Source: Candidatus Kapaibacterium sp.
GTDB lineage: Bacteria; Bacteroidota; Ignavibacteria; Kapaibacteriales; UBA2268
DNA: 64,000 bases
NCBI GenBank assembly: GCA_963664875.1
Contig: OY761611.1
Span: 672,001-736,000 of the forward strand
Reading direction: 5' to 3'
In this document: in pieces, positions 52,927-62,927 of the stretch
Position numbering within the stretch: position 1 is the stretch's first letter
How the letters are laid out: the number at the start of each line of letters is the position of its first letter
Notes under the pieces: model-generated
What the model saw: only the letters and a program-made list of their open reading frames with translations
The model's database searches: none
What the model was told of the DNA's origin: nothing
Translations under genes and position numbers: made by a program

Positions 52927-52933
52927 TCAAAGT

Positions 52934-52961
52934 AGCTTGGGGAAATTTAGCTCCCCAAGCT
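52934..52961 (-). terminator. Hairpin between citrate synthase and mdh
   Basis: agcttgggga...tccccaagct 10-bp stem. Confidence 0.5.
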
Positions 52962-53086
52962 TATCTATGGACTTTTAAAATAGTATTTTATTGAGTTATA
53001 TGTAGCATATATTCTTGATATTTAAGATAATTGAATAAAATAGGCTCGCCTAAATTAATTAAGTCGGCATATTATACTTTTCTTAA

Positions 53087-54364
53087 TTATTTATCAAGAA
53101 GCTCTCTATATTTGTTAGTAGGAAGTGATTTTGGTCTTGTAATCGGCAATCCATAAGCTCTGCTAATTACAGACTGTGCGGTGATACCCAATGCTCTGGA
53201 AACACTAAATAGCACTGTATAGTAACTAAATTCTTTTAACCCGTAATGATAGAGCAATGCTCCGGAGCCTGCATCTACGTTCGGCCAAGGGTCTTTTATC
53301 TTTTTAACCTGTTTCAATACTTCAGGAACAACATTAAAGACTCTTTCGACTGTTGCAAAAACAGGATCATCGCTCATATATTTTTGTCCAAATCTAAGGA
53401 AAGCATCAAACCTTGGATCAGTTATTCTAAGCACAGCGTGACCGTATCCCGGAATCACTTTACCTGAATCAAGAGTTTCCCAAGCAAATTTTTCGAGTTC
53501 TTTTTCGGTAGGAGTACCGCCAAACTGATCCATAGTCTCCAAGACCCATTTTAGACATTCCTGATTAGCCAAGCCATGAAGAGGACCAGATAGACCATTC
53601 AAACCACCGGATAGAGAATAATATAAATCAGACAATGCCGAATTGATAGTTGCTGATGTATTGGCACTTACGTTACCACCTTCATGATCAGAGTGTAGAG
53701 TCAAATACAATCTCATTAGTTGAGAAAATTCGCCTTTCCCTGTGCCAAGACCTAACATTTTCACATAGTTGCCTGACCAGTCCAATGATTTATCAGGTGC
53801 TATCCTTTCGCCTTTATTAAAACGCTTTCTATAAACATAAGCTGCAATGGCAGGTAGTTTTGCAATAATATCTAAAGCATCCTCCAAAGTCGGTTTCCAA
53901 TAATCTGATTTTGAAATACCAACATTATATGCCTTTGCAAATTTTGATTCATTTTGCATTACAAGAATGGCAGTGTTGAACATTGCCATTGGATGTGAAT
54001 CGTTAGGCATATTATCAATAACTTTCCAAACATATTCCGGCACATCCATTCTGTTGTTCAACTCATTCTGTAAATCTTCCAATTCTTCTTTGTTAGGTAA
54101 TTCACCTGTAAGAAGTAACCAGAATATTTCTTCAGGTAGTTTATCTTCTAACTCTTTTAATTCTATGCCTCTTATGATTAAGCCTTTGTCAGGTGGCACT
54201 TCTGAAGTATCGCATACCAAAGCTTTCACTCCACGCATCCCGCCGTAAACCTGTGCAAGAGTAACCTGAGATACAACCTGATCTCCTTTTTCTTTTAAAA
54301 GCTGTTTGATAGATTCAATTTGAACCGGTAAGGTTTGTTCTAATTTTTGTTTGAGTAATGACAT
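53087..54364 (-). CDS. Citrate (Si)-synthase, eukaryote/mitochondrial type
   Basis: YGGMRG, LPEEIFWLLLTG, HSDHEGGNVS, GPLHGLANQE, PGYGHAVLR.TDPR, PWPNVDA. ATG 54364 (MSLLK). Confidence 0.95.
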   Translation of the reverse strand: MSLLKQKLEQTLPVQIESIKQLLKEKGDQVVSQVTLAQVYGGMRGVKALVCDTSEVPPDKGLIIRGIELKELEDKLPEEIFWLLLTGELPNKEELEDLQNELNNRMDVPEYVWKVIDNMPNDSHPMAMFNTAILVMQNESKFAKAYNVGISKSDYWKPTLEDALDIIAKLPAIAAYVYRKRFNKGERIAPDKSLDWSGNYVKMLGLGTGKGEFSQLMRLYLTLHSDHEGGNVSANTSATINSALSDLYYSLSGGLNGLSGPLHGLANQECLKWVLETMDQFGGTPTEKELEKFAWETLDSGKVIPGYGHAVLRITDPRFDAFLRFGQKYMSDDPVFATVERVFNVVPEVLKQVKKIKDPWPNVDAGSGALLYHYGLKEFSYYTVLFSVSRALGITAQSVISRAYGLPITRPKSLPTNKYRELLDK

Positions 54365-54806
54365 ATATTTATCCCTTAAAGTGTTATATGTGAATATGTT
54401 ATCAATGCCTATCAAATAATTGCAGTGCCTAAACTTCATCTGTAATCAGATGTATTGAAACACTCAGATGATATAAATTATCAATTAAACCGAACTTAAA
54501 TATTATTCGTACAAACGACTAAGTTATTTGAATTATTGTGAATAATTCAAAAAAACAAGTTTCTACTCTTTTTTGATTTTCTTTCATACCCAATATTTTG
54601 ATATATCAGATAACAAGACAGGCTTGTTAGTATTATGTAGTTAGTACGAGGAATATACTTTAAGCTTTTGGTGTTTAGTCTTTACATTTGCTTTAATCTA
54701 ACCGACTTTTCGAACTCTTGTCTAAAAGAGGTTTGTATTTAGCATCTCTTTTGTATAGATATTTTTGTTAGATTTGATTTTTTAGTAAAATGCAAAGACA
54801 AATATT

Positions 54807-55754
54807 ATGGCAAGAGTTTTAATAACAGGTGGTGCGGGCTTTTTAGGTTCACATCTTTGCGACAAATTTATTGCTAACGGTGATGAAGTAATATGTATGG
54901 ACAATTTCGTAACAGGTTCTCCCGATAATATTGCTCATTTAATGGGGAATCCAAAATTTACATTTATCCAGCATGATGTTACCACTTATGTATATGTTCC
55001 CGGAGATTTAGACTATATCTTACACTTCGCGTCTCCTGCTTCTCCTATAGATTATTTGAAACTTCCTATACAGACTTTGAAAGTAGGTTCTTTAGGCACT
55101 CATAAGACATTAGGACTTGCTAAGGCAAAAAATGCAAGATTTCTCCTTGCTTCGACTTCTGAAACATACGGAGATCCTCTTATCCACCCTCAACCCGAGA
55201 CTTATTGGGGAAATGTCAATCCTGTTGGATTTAGAGGTGTTTACGACGAAGCTAAGCGATTTGCAGAAGCAATGACTATGGCTTACAATCGATATCATGG
55301 AGTGGAAACCCGTATCGTTAGAATTTTCAATACCTACGGCCCTCGAATGAGACTGCAAGACGGTAGAGCTATACCTAATTTTATCACTCAGGCGGTAGCC
55401 GGTAACGATGTAACTGTTTATGGTGACGGTAGCCAGACTCGTTCGGTATGCTATGTTGATGATCTAATCGAAGGTATTTTCAGACTGCTTATGTCTGATG
55501 AAGTTAATCCAACCAACATTGGTAACCCTGATGAACTTACTATGCTTCAACTTGCTGAGGAAATTATTTCACTAACAGGCTCTACAAGTAAAATAATATT
55601 TGAAGATTTACCTGCTGATGACCCTAAAGTAAGACAACCTGACATCAGCAAAGCAAAAGAAATTCTAAAATGGCAACCCAATGTCGATCGTTTGGAAGGT
55701 CTTAAAAAAACAATTGAAGATTTCAAATACAGATTAAAACTCGAAAATAAATAA
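54807..55754 (+). CDS. UDP-glucuronate decarboxylase (UDP-xylose synthase) family
   Basis: [60 protein letters not shown]. Confidence 0.93.
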   Translation: MARVLITGGAGFLGSHLCDKFIANGDEVICMDNFVTGSPDNIAHLMGNPKFTFIQHDVTTYVYVPGDLDYILHFASPASPIDYLKLPIQTLKVGSLGTHKTLGLAKAKNARFLLASTSETYGDPLIHPQPETYWGNVNPVGFRGVYDEAKRFAEAMTMAYNRYHGVETRIVRIFNTYGPRMRLQDGRAIPNFITQAVAGNDVTVYGDGSQTRSVCYVDDLIEGIFRLLMSDEVNPTNIGNPDELTMLQLAEEIISLTGSTSKIIFEDLPADDPKVRQPDISKAKEILKWQPNVDRLEGLKKTIEDFKYRLKLENK

Positions 55755-55775
55755 AAAAAAGTATCTTTCTATATT

Positions 55776-55811
55776 AAACTGTTCCGTGAGCCAAATTGCG
55801 GGACAGTTTTT
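55776..55811 (+). terminator. Intrinsic terminator after the UXS gene
   Basis: aaactgttccgtga...ttgcgggacagttt stem with G-U pairs and a T tail. Confidence 0.65.
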
Positions 55812-55978
55812 ATATTATATCATATTTTGACTTGCAATTCCAACCGAAGTATCTTGCGTAAATAATAATTACCACAAACGCAAAATCACTTAAATTAAAA
55901 AAAATCATTTGAAAATGAGCGTAAAAAAGATTATAATTGTTGCTTGATTATTTTAAGTAACAGTTAGAATGGATAGTT

Positions 55979-58900
55979 ATGTTTAAGCCATTACCAGAGA
56001 ATTTGTCTTACGCAAAATTAGAGCACGAAATGCTCAAATTTTGGGAAGAGAATGATATATTCCAAAAATCTTTAAATCAACGAGAAGGCAGACCTCACTT
56101 TAGTTTTTTTGAGGGACCTCCTACTGTAAATGGTCGTCCGGGCATTCACCATATGATGGCTCGTACTATCAAAGATACTGTTTGCCGTTATAAATCTCTA
56201 CAAGGTTACTACGTACGTCGTCAGGCAGGTTGGGACACTCACGGTTTGCCGGTTGAAATTGCTGTAGAGAAACAGCTTAAATTGAAAGATAAAACTGAAA
56301 TTGAAGTTTACGGTATAGAAGAATTTAACAATAAATGCAAAGAATTTGTCTATAAAAATATAGAAATGGACGAAGGCTGGAAATATCTTACTCATCGCAT
56401 GGGTTATTGGGTAAATATGGATGAAGCCTACATCACTTGCACAAATAACTATATTGAATCTGTTTGGTGGGCACTCAAATCCTTCTTTGATAAAGGTCTT
56501 ATCTACAAAGGATTTAAAGTAGTTCCTCAGTCTCCTACTATCGAAACTCCTCTTAGCTCTCACGAGCTATCTTTGGGGTACAAAGATGTTAAGGATCCGA
56601 ACTGCTACATCATGCCTAAGATTCTTTCTTCTAAGATTGAAGGTCTTGAAAACGCAAGACTTCTTATTTGGACTACTACTCCATGGACTCTTTTTGCAAA
56701 CGTTGCAGCTGCTTGCGGTGAAGATATTGATTATGTTCACGTTCGCAATACTCGCACTGTCAAAAACAGTGATGAAGTTTTGGTCTATGAGTTAGTTTTA
56801 GCCAAAGAAAGAATTGCTGCCTTAGATGGCGAAACAGAAATTTTGAATGAGTTTAAAGGCAAAGATTTAATCGGCACTAAGTACGATCAAATTCTTCCTT
56901 TCTGTGCGATAGATATGGACGCTCACCCTAATGCACTTTCTGTTGTGGCAGGTGACTTCGTTTCTACTGGCGACGGTTCGGGTATCGTCCACCTTGCTCC
57001 TGCTTTTGGTGAAGACGATTATAGAATGTCCCGCGAATGGAATTTGCCATTCTTACAACCTGTAACTCCTAACGGTCACTTAACTGAAGACTGCGGTGAG
57101 TTTGCAGGAAGAGCAATCAAAAACTTTACTTATGAAGATCACGAAGAAGAAGGTGTAGATAAAGATGTAGTTATCTGGTTGAAATATAACGATAAGATTT
57201 ATCGCTCAACTAATGACTACCTCCACAGCTACCCTCACTGCTGGAGAACAGGTAACCCAATCATGTACTACGCAAGAGAGTCTTGGTTTATCAAAGCTCC
57301 TGAGTACAAAGAAAGAATGATTGACATCAATAAGAACGAAATCAACTGGCAACCACCTGAAATCGGTGCCGGCAGATTCGGTAACTGGTTGGAAGAAGTT
57401 AAAGAGTGGTCGCTTTCAAGAGACAGATATTGGGGCACTCCGCTTCCAATCTGGGTTAACGAAAACGACAGCACAGACATTTTTGCAATCGGCTCAATCG
57501 AAGAACTTAGCAAAGGACTTTTTGAAATGGAAGACGGAACTTTAGTTCCTGTACCTGAATGTAAAAAAGAAATCGACTTGCACAGACAGTTCGTTGATAG
57601 AGTTGTATTCGAAAAAGAAGGAAACAAATACAGACGTGTTCACGAAGTGATCGACGTTTGGTTTGACTCAGGTGCTATGCCTTTTGCGCAATTCCACTAT
57701 CCGTTCGAAAATAAAGAATTATTCGATAAGCAGTTCCCTGGTGACTTTATTGCTGAAGGTATCGATCAGACTCGTGGCTGGTTCTATACTTTGCATAGCA
57801 TTTCAACAGCATTATTTGACAAACCTGCTTATAAAAATATCGTTGTAAACGAGCTTATTCTCGATAAAGACGGTATCAAAATGTCTAAATCTAAAGGCAA
57901 CACTATTGACCCATTCGAGGTAATGGAACAGTACGGTGCCGATGCAGTCAGATGGTATCTGTTTGTAAACAATCCACCTTGGAAAGCAACTAAGTTCAAT
58001 CCAGGCGATATTGCGAAAACTGTTATCTCTGACTTTATGCGTTCGCTTACTAATACATACGCATTCTTTACGCTATATGCTAATATTGATGGATTTACAG
58101 GTCAGGAAGCTAAAATTGAAGTAGCTGGAAGACCGGAAATAGACAGATGGATTCTTTCTCGTACAAATACTCTACTTAGAGAATATATCAAATTGATGGA
58201 TGCTTATGAGCTAACTAAAGCTCACAGAGCAATTCAGGATTTTGTTATAAATGAGCTTTCTAACTGGTATATCCGCCGTAACAGACGCCGTTTCTGGAAA
58301 GGTGCAATAGACAATGACAAGCTTGCTGCATATCAGACGTTAAGAGAAGTATTGCTTAGCATTACTAAAATGATGGCTGCTGCTGCACCGTTCTTATCAG
58401 ATGATTTGTATCAGAAATTGCGTTATGAAAACGACCCGATTTCAATCCATTTAACTGAGTATCCTACTGTAGAAGACAGCGATATCGACGTTGATTTGGA
58501 ACGCAAAATGGATATGGCTCAAAAGATAGTTTATTTGGCTCGCTCTTTAAGAGAAAAAGCTAAGATTAGAACTCGTCAGCCATTGCAGAGAATTCTTGTT
58601 CCTGTGATTTCTCCTCAGGAAAGAAGAGATATTCAGCTTGTGGAAGACATTATCAAAGAAGAGCTTAATATCAAAGCTGTAGAATTTGTTAGCGAAGACA
58701 CTGCTTCTATCGTTCAAAGATCTGCCAAAGGTAACTTTAAAGTTATGGGTAAGAAATTCGGTAAAGCTACGCAAAAAGTTGCAAATGTTATTGCTGCTTT
58801 GACTAACGACCAGATTGTATCTTTGGAACAAGGTAAAACTCTTAACCTTCAGGTTGAAGATATGAAGGTTGATATCGTTTTAGAAGATATTATCGTTGCA

Positions 58901-59230
58901 GGTGAGGAAATCGAAGGTTGGTTGGTAGCTACTGAGCAGGGCGTTACTGTCGCTCTTGACACTCAGGTTACTAAAGAGCTTGAGCAGGAAGGTTTGGCTC
59001 GCGAAGTTGTAAATCGTATTCAAAACATGCGTAAAGGTGCAGGTTTTGAGGTAACTGACCGCATTACTGTTAAGTACAATGCGCCGGAAGCTATCAAAAA
59101 CGCAGTTGAAGCTATGTCAGAATACATTAAAAATGAAACTCTTGCAGAATCTATTGACTTTGATGCTGCTACAGCAGGTGAAGAAGTTGATGTGTTAGGT
59201 GATATGGTGAATATCGCTATCGCGAAGTAA
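55979..59230 (+). CDS. ileS: Isoleucine--tRNA ligase, type 2 (IleRS2)
   Basis: EGPPTVNGRPGIHH, GWDTHGLP, WTTTPWT, YPHCWR, SRDRYWGTP, DVWFDSG, EGIDQTRGWFY, KMSKS; IleRS2-type C-terminus (EGLAREVVNRIQNMRK). Confidence 0.98.
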   Translation: MFKPLPENLSYAKLEHEMLKFWEENDIFQKSLNQREGRPHFSFFEGPPTVNGRPGIHHMMARTIKDTVCRYKSLQGYYVRRQAGWDTHGLPVEIAVEKQLKLKDKTEIEVYGIEEFNNKCKEFVYKNIEMDEGWKYLTHRMGYWVNMDEAYITCTNNYIESVWWALKSFFDKGLIYKGFKVVPQSPTIETPLSSHELSLGYKDVKDPNCYIMPKILSSKIEGLENARLLIWTTTPWTLFANVAAACGEDIDYVHVRNTRTVKNSDEVLVYELVLAKERIAALDGETEILNEFKGKDLIGTKYDQILPFCAIDMDAHPNALSVVAGDFVSTGDGSGIVHLAPAFGEDDYRMSREWNLPFLQPVTPNGHLTEDCGEFAGRAIKNFTYEDHEEEGVDKDVVIWLKYNDKIYRSTNDYLHSYPHCWRTGNPIMYYARESWFIKAPEYKERMIDINKNEINWQPPEIGAGRFGNWLEEVKEWSLSRDRYWGTPLPIWVNENDSTDIFAIGSIEELSKGLFEMEDGTLVPVPECKKEIDLHRQFVDRVVFEKEGNKYRRVHEVIDVWFDSGAMPFAQFHYPFENKELFDKQFPGDFIAEGIDQTRGWFYTLHSISTALFDKPAYKNIVVNELILDKDGIKMSKSKGNTIDPFEVMEQYGADAVRWYLFVNNPPWKATKFNPGDIAKTVISDFMRSLTNTYAFFTLYANIDGFTGQEAKIEVAGRPEIDRWILSRTNTLLREYIKLMDAYELTKAHRAIQDFVINELSNWYIRRNRRRFWKGAIDNDKLAAYQTLREVLLSITKMMAAAAPFLSDDLYQKLRYENDPISIHLTEYPTVEDSDIDVDLERKMDMAQKIVYLARSLREKAKIRTRQPLQRILVPVISPQERRDIQLVEDIIKEELNIKAVEFVSEDTASIVQRSAKGNFKVMGKKFGKATQKVANVIAALTNDQIVSLEQGKTLNLQVEDMKVDIVLEDIIVAGEEIEGWLVATEQGVTVALDTQVTKELEQEGLAREVVNRIQNMRKGAGFEVTDRITVKYNAPEAIKNAVEAMSEYIKNETLAESIDFDAATAGEEVDVLGDMVNIAIAK

Positions 59231-59258
59231 AGATTCTCTTATGAGATATAGATTATGG

Positions 59259-59294
59259 AAAAGCTGCTCTTTTTGCGAAGAGCAGCTTTTTTTT
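59259..59294 (+). terminator. Intrinsic terminator after ileS
   Basis: aaaagctgctctt...aagagcagctttt plus T-tract. Confidence 0.8.
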
Positions 59295-59357
59295 ATGTAT
59301 TGGGAATTTTATCTAAGTCCCATCTTATGCTTGCCAAGTGCAGCGATGACCGGGTGG

Positions 59358-59573
59358 GAGGCTGTCTCATAAGTCAATATTTGCATTATATTCTTGATAT
59401 TTGTTAGTTTTGCCGCCAGCTAAAGCAGGCGGTTGCACTCATATAACTCCTTGCAACCGACGAAGGTTACTGAGCCTGTCTAAGTATAGACGTTGGCAAA
59501 AACAAAGTAGTTGTTGATAAATCACAATATTTACAGAGATTAAATGTAAAAAAAGTACTTAAAAGACAGTCTC
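59358..59573. mobile_element. Putative 216-bp MITE/IS relic bounded by 17-bp imperfect terminal inverted repeats
   Basis: gaggctgtctcataagt (59358-59374) vs acttaaaagacagtctc (59557-59573), 14/17 complementary. No transposase. Confidence 0.4.
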
Positions 59574-59692
59574 AACATCCCTTCTCAGTTTTTTTATTAT
59601 GTATAAATAACAAATTTTCTGCAAGTATCAAGTAGGTTCTTCGTGTGTTTCCACCCCGGAACTACGTGCCACCCTACTTCGACAGGCTCAGT
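59469..59692. repeat. Inverted pair of REP-like 18-mers
   Basis: actgagcctgtctaagta (59469-59486) and tacttcgacaggctcagt (59675-59692) are 17/18 reverse complements. Confidence 0.6.
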
Positions 59693-60084
59693 GCAACGCT
59701 CAATAGTGGAATTTTAGTTTTTTTAACTACCTCACAATTTTTAAGGATTCTGTATATTGATTGACCGTTGTGGTTAGTACTATGGTGTATGAGCCTATTG
59801 GTAAATCTATTAAGCTCTCTGTTATGTTTCGCTCGCCGGGGTAAGTTATATTTTCGTCGAAAATTGTGCACTTTTGTTTTTTCAGTTCCAAAAGTATATT
59901 TTTTCATAATCTTAACACAGACTAAAACAAATCTGTCATTCAATCGTAAACTATTAGAATATAGCCAATTGGGAATGTGTGAATATTTTTTGAAAATTTA
60001 TTTGTTTTTTCCCACTATTTATGATTATATTGGCGTTTTTACTAAACCATCTCCCGGTTTTGAATTTTTTAAATGAGGTGCGAT

Positions 60085-60732
60085 ATGCCAAGAAAGAAAA
60101 AAGACGAGGTTTTGGATCAGGAAAATATTGTCAGCACTGATGCAAATGATGATGTTTTATCTAAAAAACGCGGGCGACCTAAAAAAGAAGAAAGTCAAGA
60201 TTCAGATAATGATGTAACTACTATTCAAGTCGCTGCCCCTAAAGACAAAGTTAAAACTAAGGCTATGCTTGATGCCGAAGAAAGGGCTAACGAAGAACAC
60301 ATTGCCCCTAAGGAAGGTCTCCGCTATAGCGATGAAGAGCTCGAAGAGTTTAAGCAAATTATCTTGAAATCTAAAGAGGAAACTCTTGATGAGCTTACTA
60401 TGCTTCGCGAACGCTTAGACGACCTAAACAGCTATGACTTTGCCGAAGAATCTATGATTTATTCTATGCACATGGCTGAGCAAGGCTCTGAAGCTATGGA
60501 AAAAGAAAAGACTTATGCTCAAATCCAAAGAATCAATGAATATTTGAAAAAATTAGATGATGCCTTGGAGAGGATTGAACTCAAAACTTATGGTATCTGT
60601 AGAGTATGCGGCTGTTTAATCGCTAAACCAAGATTGCTTGCGGTGCCTATCACTACTTTGTCAGCTTCTTATAAAATACATAAGAAATGCCCTGACGACG
60701 GTGTAGATAGAATTGAGCCTTTGAAAAAATAA
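60085..60732 (+). CDS. DksA/TraR family transcription factor with N-terminal extension
   Basis: Coiled coil HMAEQGS...LDDALERI...TYGICRVCG..I...RLLAVP; lies in the ileS-dksA-lspA gene order. ATG 60085 after GAGGTG. Confidence 0.88.
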   Translation: MPRKKKDEVLDQENIVSTDANDDVLSKKRGRPKKEESQDSDNDVTTIQVAAPKDKVKTKAMLDAEERANEEHIAPKEGLRYSDEELEEFKQIILKSKEETLDELTMLRERLDDLNSYDFAEESMIYSMHMAEQGSEAMEKEKTYAQIQRINEYLKKLDDALERIELKTYGICRVCGCLIAKPRLLAVPITTLSASYKIHKKCPDDGVDRIEPLKK

Positions 60733-60759
60733 GTTTATTTGTATTTTTTTACTTAAATT

Positions 60760-60788
60760 GGGACTCCTAAGTAGTCCCTTTTTTTTTT
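60760..60788 (+). terminator. Intrinsic terminator after the dksA-like gene
   Basis: gggact-cctaagt-agtccc followed by T10. Confidence 0.7.
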
Positions 60789-60813
60789 GCTACTATTTAT
60801 ATCAAAATACATC

Positions 60814-61422
60814 ATGGAAAATAAAACCAACAGAAATTATTTTATACTTGCCATTTCATTTGTGCTATTGGATCAGATAACAAAAATTCTTGTAAAGGGA
60901 TTTAGTATTTTCGGATTCCAACATATAGGATTCAATTATGGCGAATCTATTAGTGTAATTGGCGATTTCCTGCATTTCACTTTTATAGAAAATCCCGGGA
61001 TGGCTTTTGGCATTTCATTCGGAGCAGGTAAAATATTTCTTTCTTTATTTTCGATTGTTGCAGCTATTGCTCTCGGCTGGTATCTTTCTAAAATCAAGTT
61101 TGCTAAGAGAGGTGTCAAATTAGGCATAGCTCTTATCTTTGCAGGAGCTGTAGGCAATCTGATAGATAGAGTTTTTTATGGTGTAATTTATGGAGAAATG
61201 CCACTATTTTATGGTAAAGTAGTAGATTTTATTCAGGTTGACATTCCGGATATTGATTTATTTGGAGTATATTATTCGCATTGGCCGGTTTTTAATATAG
61301 CAGATTCTTGTGTAACTGTTGGTGTTATTATTTTGCTTTTTGTGCATCAATATCTTCCGAGTATAGAATCTATCCGCCCCAAAAAGATCGAATCAGTCAA
61401 TACTGAAGAGGGTGTGGAGTAA
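60814..61422 (+). CDS. lspA: Lipoprotein signal peptidase II
   Basis: DQITK, NPGMAFG, GAVGNLIDR, VVDFI, WPVFNIADS. ATG at 60814. Confidence 0.96.
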   Translation: MENKTNRNYFILAISFVLLDQITKILVKGFSIFGFQHIGFNYGESISVIGDFLHFTFIENPGMAFGISFGAGKIFLSLFSIVAAIALGWYLSKIKFAKRGVKLGIALIFAGAVGNLIDRVFYGVIYGEMPLFYGKVVDFIQVDIPDIDLFGVYYSHWPVFNIADSCVTVGVIILLFVHQYLPSIESIRPKKIESVNTEEGVE

Positions 61423-62501
61423 TGAACGAATTTGAAAAAGAGTACGATCCAAATTACCCCGACCCCGTTGAACATATTTACGAATTTGAAGCTCAAAAAA
61501 AACAAAAACCGATTAGAGTAGATAAATATCTTGCTAATCAAATATTAAATGCTACTCGCAACAAAGTACAAAATGCTATCGACGAAGGCAAAGTTTATAT
61601 TAACGGACAAGTTGCCAAAGCAAGTCGAAAAATCAAACCGGGCGACCTGGTCAGATGTGTTATTATGAAAGCACCTCCAATCGAGTTAGTTCCGGAAAAC
61701 ATTCCTCTTGACATTATTTATGAAGATGAGTACCTATTAGTTGTGAATAAACCGGCTGATATGGTTTGCCATCCCGCTTTAGGCCATAGAGTAGGTACAC
61801 TTATAAACGCATTGCTATACCACTTTGGCGTACGTGATAACATATCTATTGAAGTAGATGACGAAGACGATACAGACTCTGAAAACACAGACGGTTCTAT
61901 TTTTGCACAAGATGAAGTACGTCCGGGTTTGGTTCATCGTATAGATAAAGACACTACAGGTCTATTGGTTATCGCTAAAGACTCGTGGACACACGCAAAA
62001 TTAGCAGAACAGTTTGCCAATAAAACAAGTGAACGAATCTATGAAGCTATTGCCTGGGGTCAGTTTAAAGAAGACGAAGGTTTTGTAGAAGCACCAATAG
62101 CAAGGTCAGAAACTGATAGAAAGAATTTTTGTGTGCCCAAACGAACTGAAGGCAAATATGCTTATACATCATACAAAGTAGTAAATGTTTACCCTTTTGC
62201 TACTCACCTTCAGTTAAAGCTCAAAACCGGAAGAACTCACCAGATAAGAGTACACATGAGCCATATCAATCATCCGCTAATGGGCGACCCTTGGTACGGC
62301 GGCGATAGAGTTGTTACTATTTCATCTTTACCTCAACAAAAAGCTTTGGCAGAAAAGTGTCTCGGCTTGGCTAAACGACAGATGCTTCATGCTAAAACTT
62401 TAGGTTTTGAACATCCTCACACAAAAGAATTTATGAGATTCAATTCTGATTTACCTGAAGATATGCAAAAAATTATCGAATTGATGTCAGCTAAAAAATA
62501 A
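61422..62501 (+). CDS. RluA-family pseudouridine synthase with S4 domain (RluD-like)
   Basis: RVDKYL S4 domain, VVNKPA, RPGLVHRIDKDTTG, TGRTHQIRVH, GDPWYG, RQMLHA. Confidence 0.93.
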   Translation: MNEFEKEYDPNYPDPVEHIYEFEAQKKQKPIRVDKYLANQILNATRNKVQNAIDEGKVYINGQVAKASRKIKPGDLVRCVIMKAPPIELVPENIPLDIIYEDEYLLVVNKPADMVCHPALGHRVGTLINALLYHFGVRDNISIEVDDEDDTDSENTDGSIFAQDEVRPGLVHRIDKDTTGLLVIAKDSWTHAKLAEQFANKTSERIYEAIAWGQFKEDEGFVEAPIARSETDRKNFCVPKRTEGKYAYTSYKVVNVYPFATHLQLKLKTGRTHQIRVHMSHINHPLMGDPWYGGDRVVTISSLPQQKALAEKCLGLAKRQMLHAKTLGFEHPHTKEFMRFNSDLPEDMQKIIELMSAKK

Positions 62502-62517
62502 ATCTTTATTTGACAAA

Positions 62518-62862
62518 CTATTGATTAAACAGAAGGTGATAGTATCTGTGTATCTTGTCCTCTAACACAGGCACACTGATATTTCTGCTTTCGCGAATCG
62601 TTTCCTTGCCCTGAATATAAATCAGAATAACCGGAATCGAAAAAATGCCGAAACGTCCGGAGAACTCTTGATTTTTTTCAATATCTATGTAATATAACTG
62701 CATTTCAGGGAATTGTTCTGCCATTTCATGAATTTTTGGCTTCAATGCTTTGCAGACATTACACCTTTCTGAAGAGAAATATAATAGAGTAATATCTTCT
62801 TTTTGTAAAATACTTTCAACTTCATCTATTGAATTTATGATAAAATATTTTGATACTTCCAT
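62518..62862 (-). CDS. Thioredoxin family protein
   Basis: CNVC motif and FSIP cis-Pro loop. Start uncertain (ATG 62862 or TTG 62877). Confidence 0.85.
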   Translation of the reverse strand: MEVSKYFIINSIDEVESILQKEDITLLYFSSERCNVCKALKPKIHEMAEQFPEMQLYYIDIEKNQEFSGRFGIFSIPVILIYIQGKETIRESRNISVPVLEDKIHRYYHLLFNQ

Positions 62863-62927
62863 TTTTCGTTGTGCCAATAGTATAAAAATCTATATATTAA
62901 GTAAACTGAAATCAATGAGAGTGACTT

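Noticed and set aside
53006-53023. atattcttgatattt shared with 59388-59402
   Set aside because: A low-complexity AT-rich 15-mer that cannot be distinguished from chance without a genome-wide count.
54437-54481. catctg-taat-cagatg palindrome with a second tcagatg upstream of citrate synthase
   Set aside because: A 6-bp dyad is too short to separate from chance. No second instance was found in the window.
59674-60076. ORF-track entries 59674..59943 (-) and 59768..60076 (+)
   Set aside because: Non-ATG starts, no RBS, no motifs. One ends in the translated REP-like repeat (VALSLSK), so both are likely spurious.
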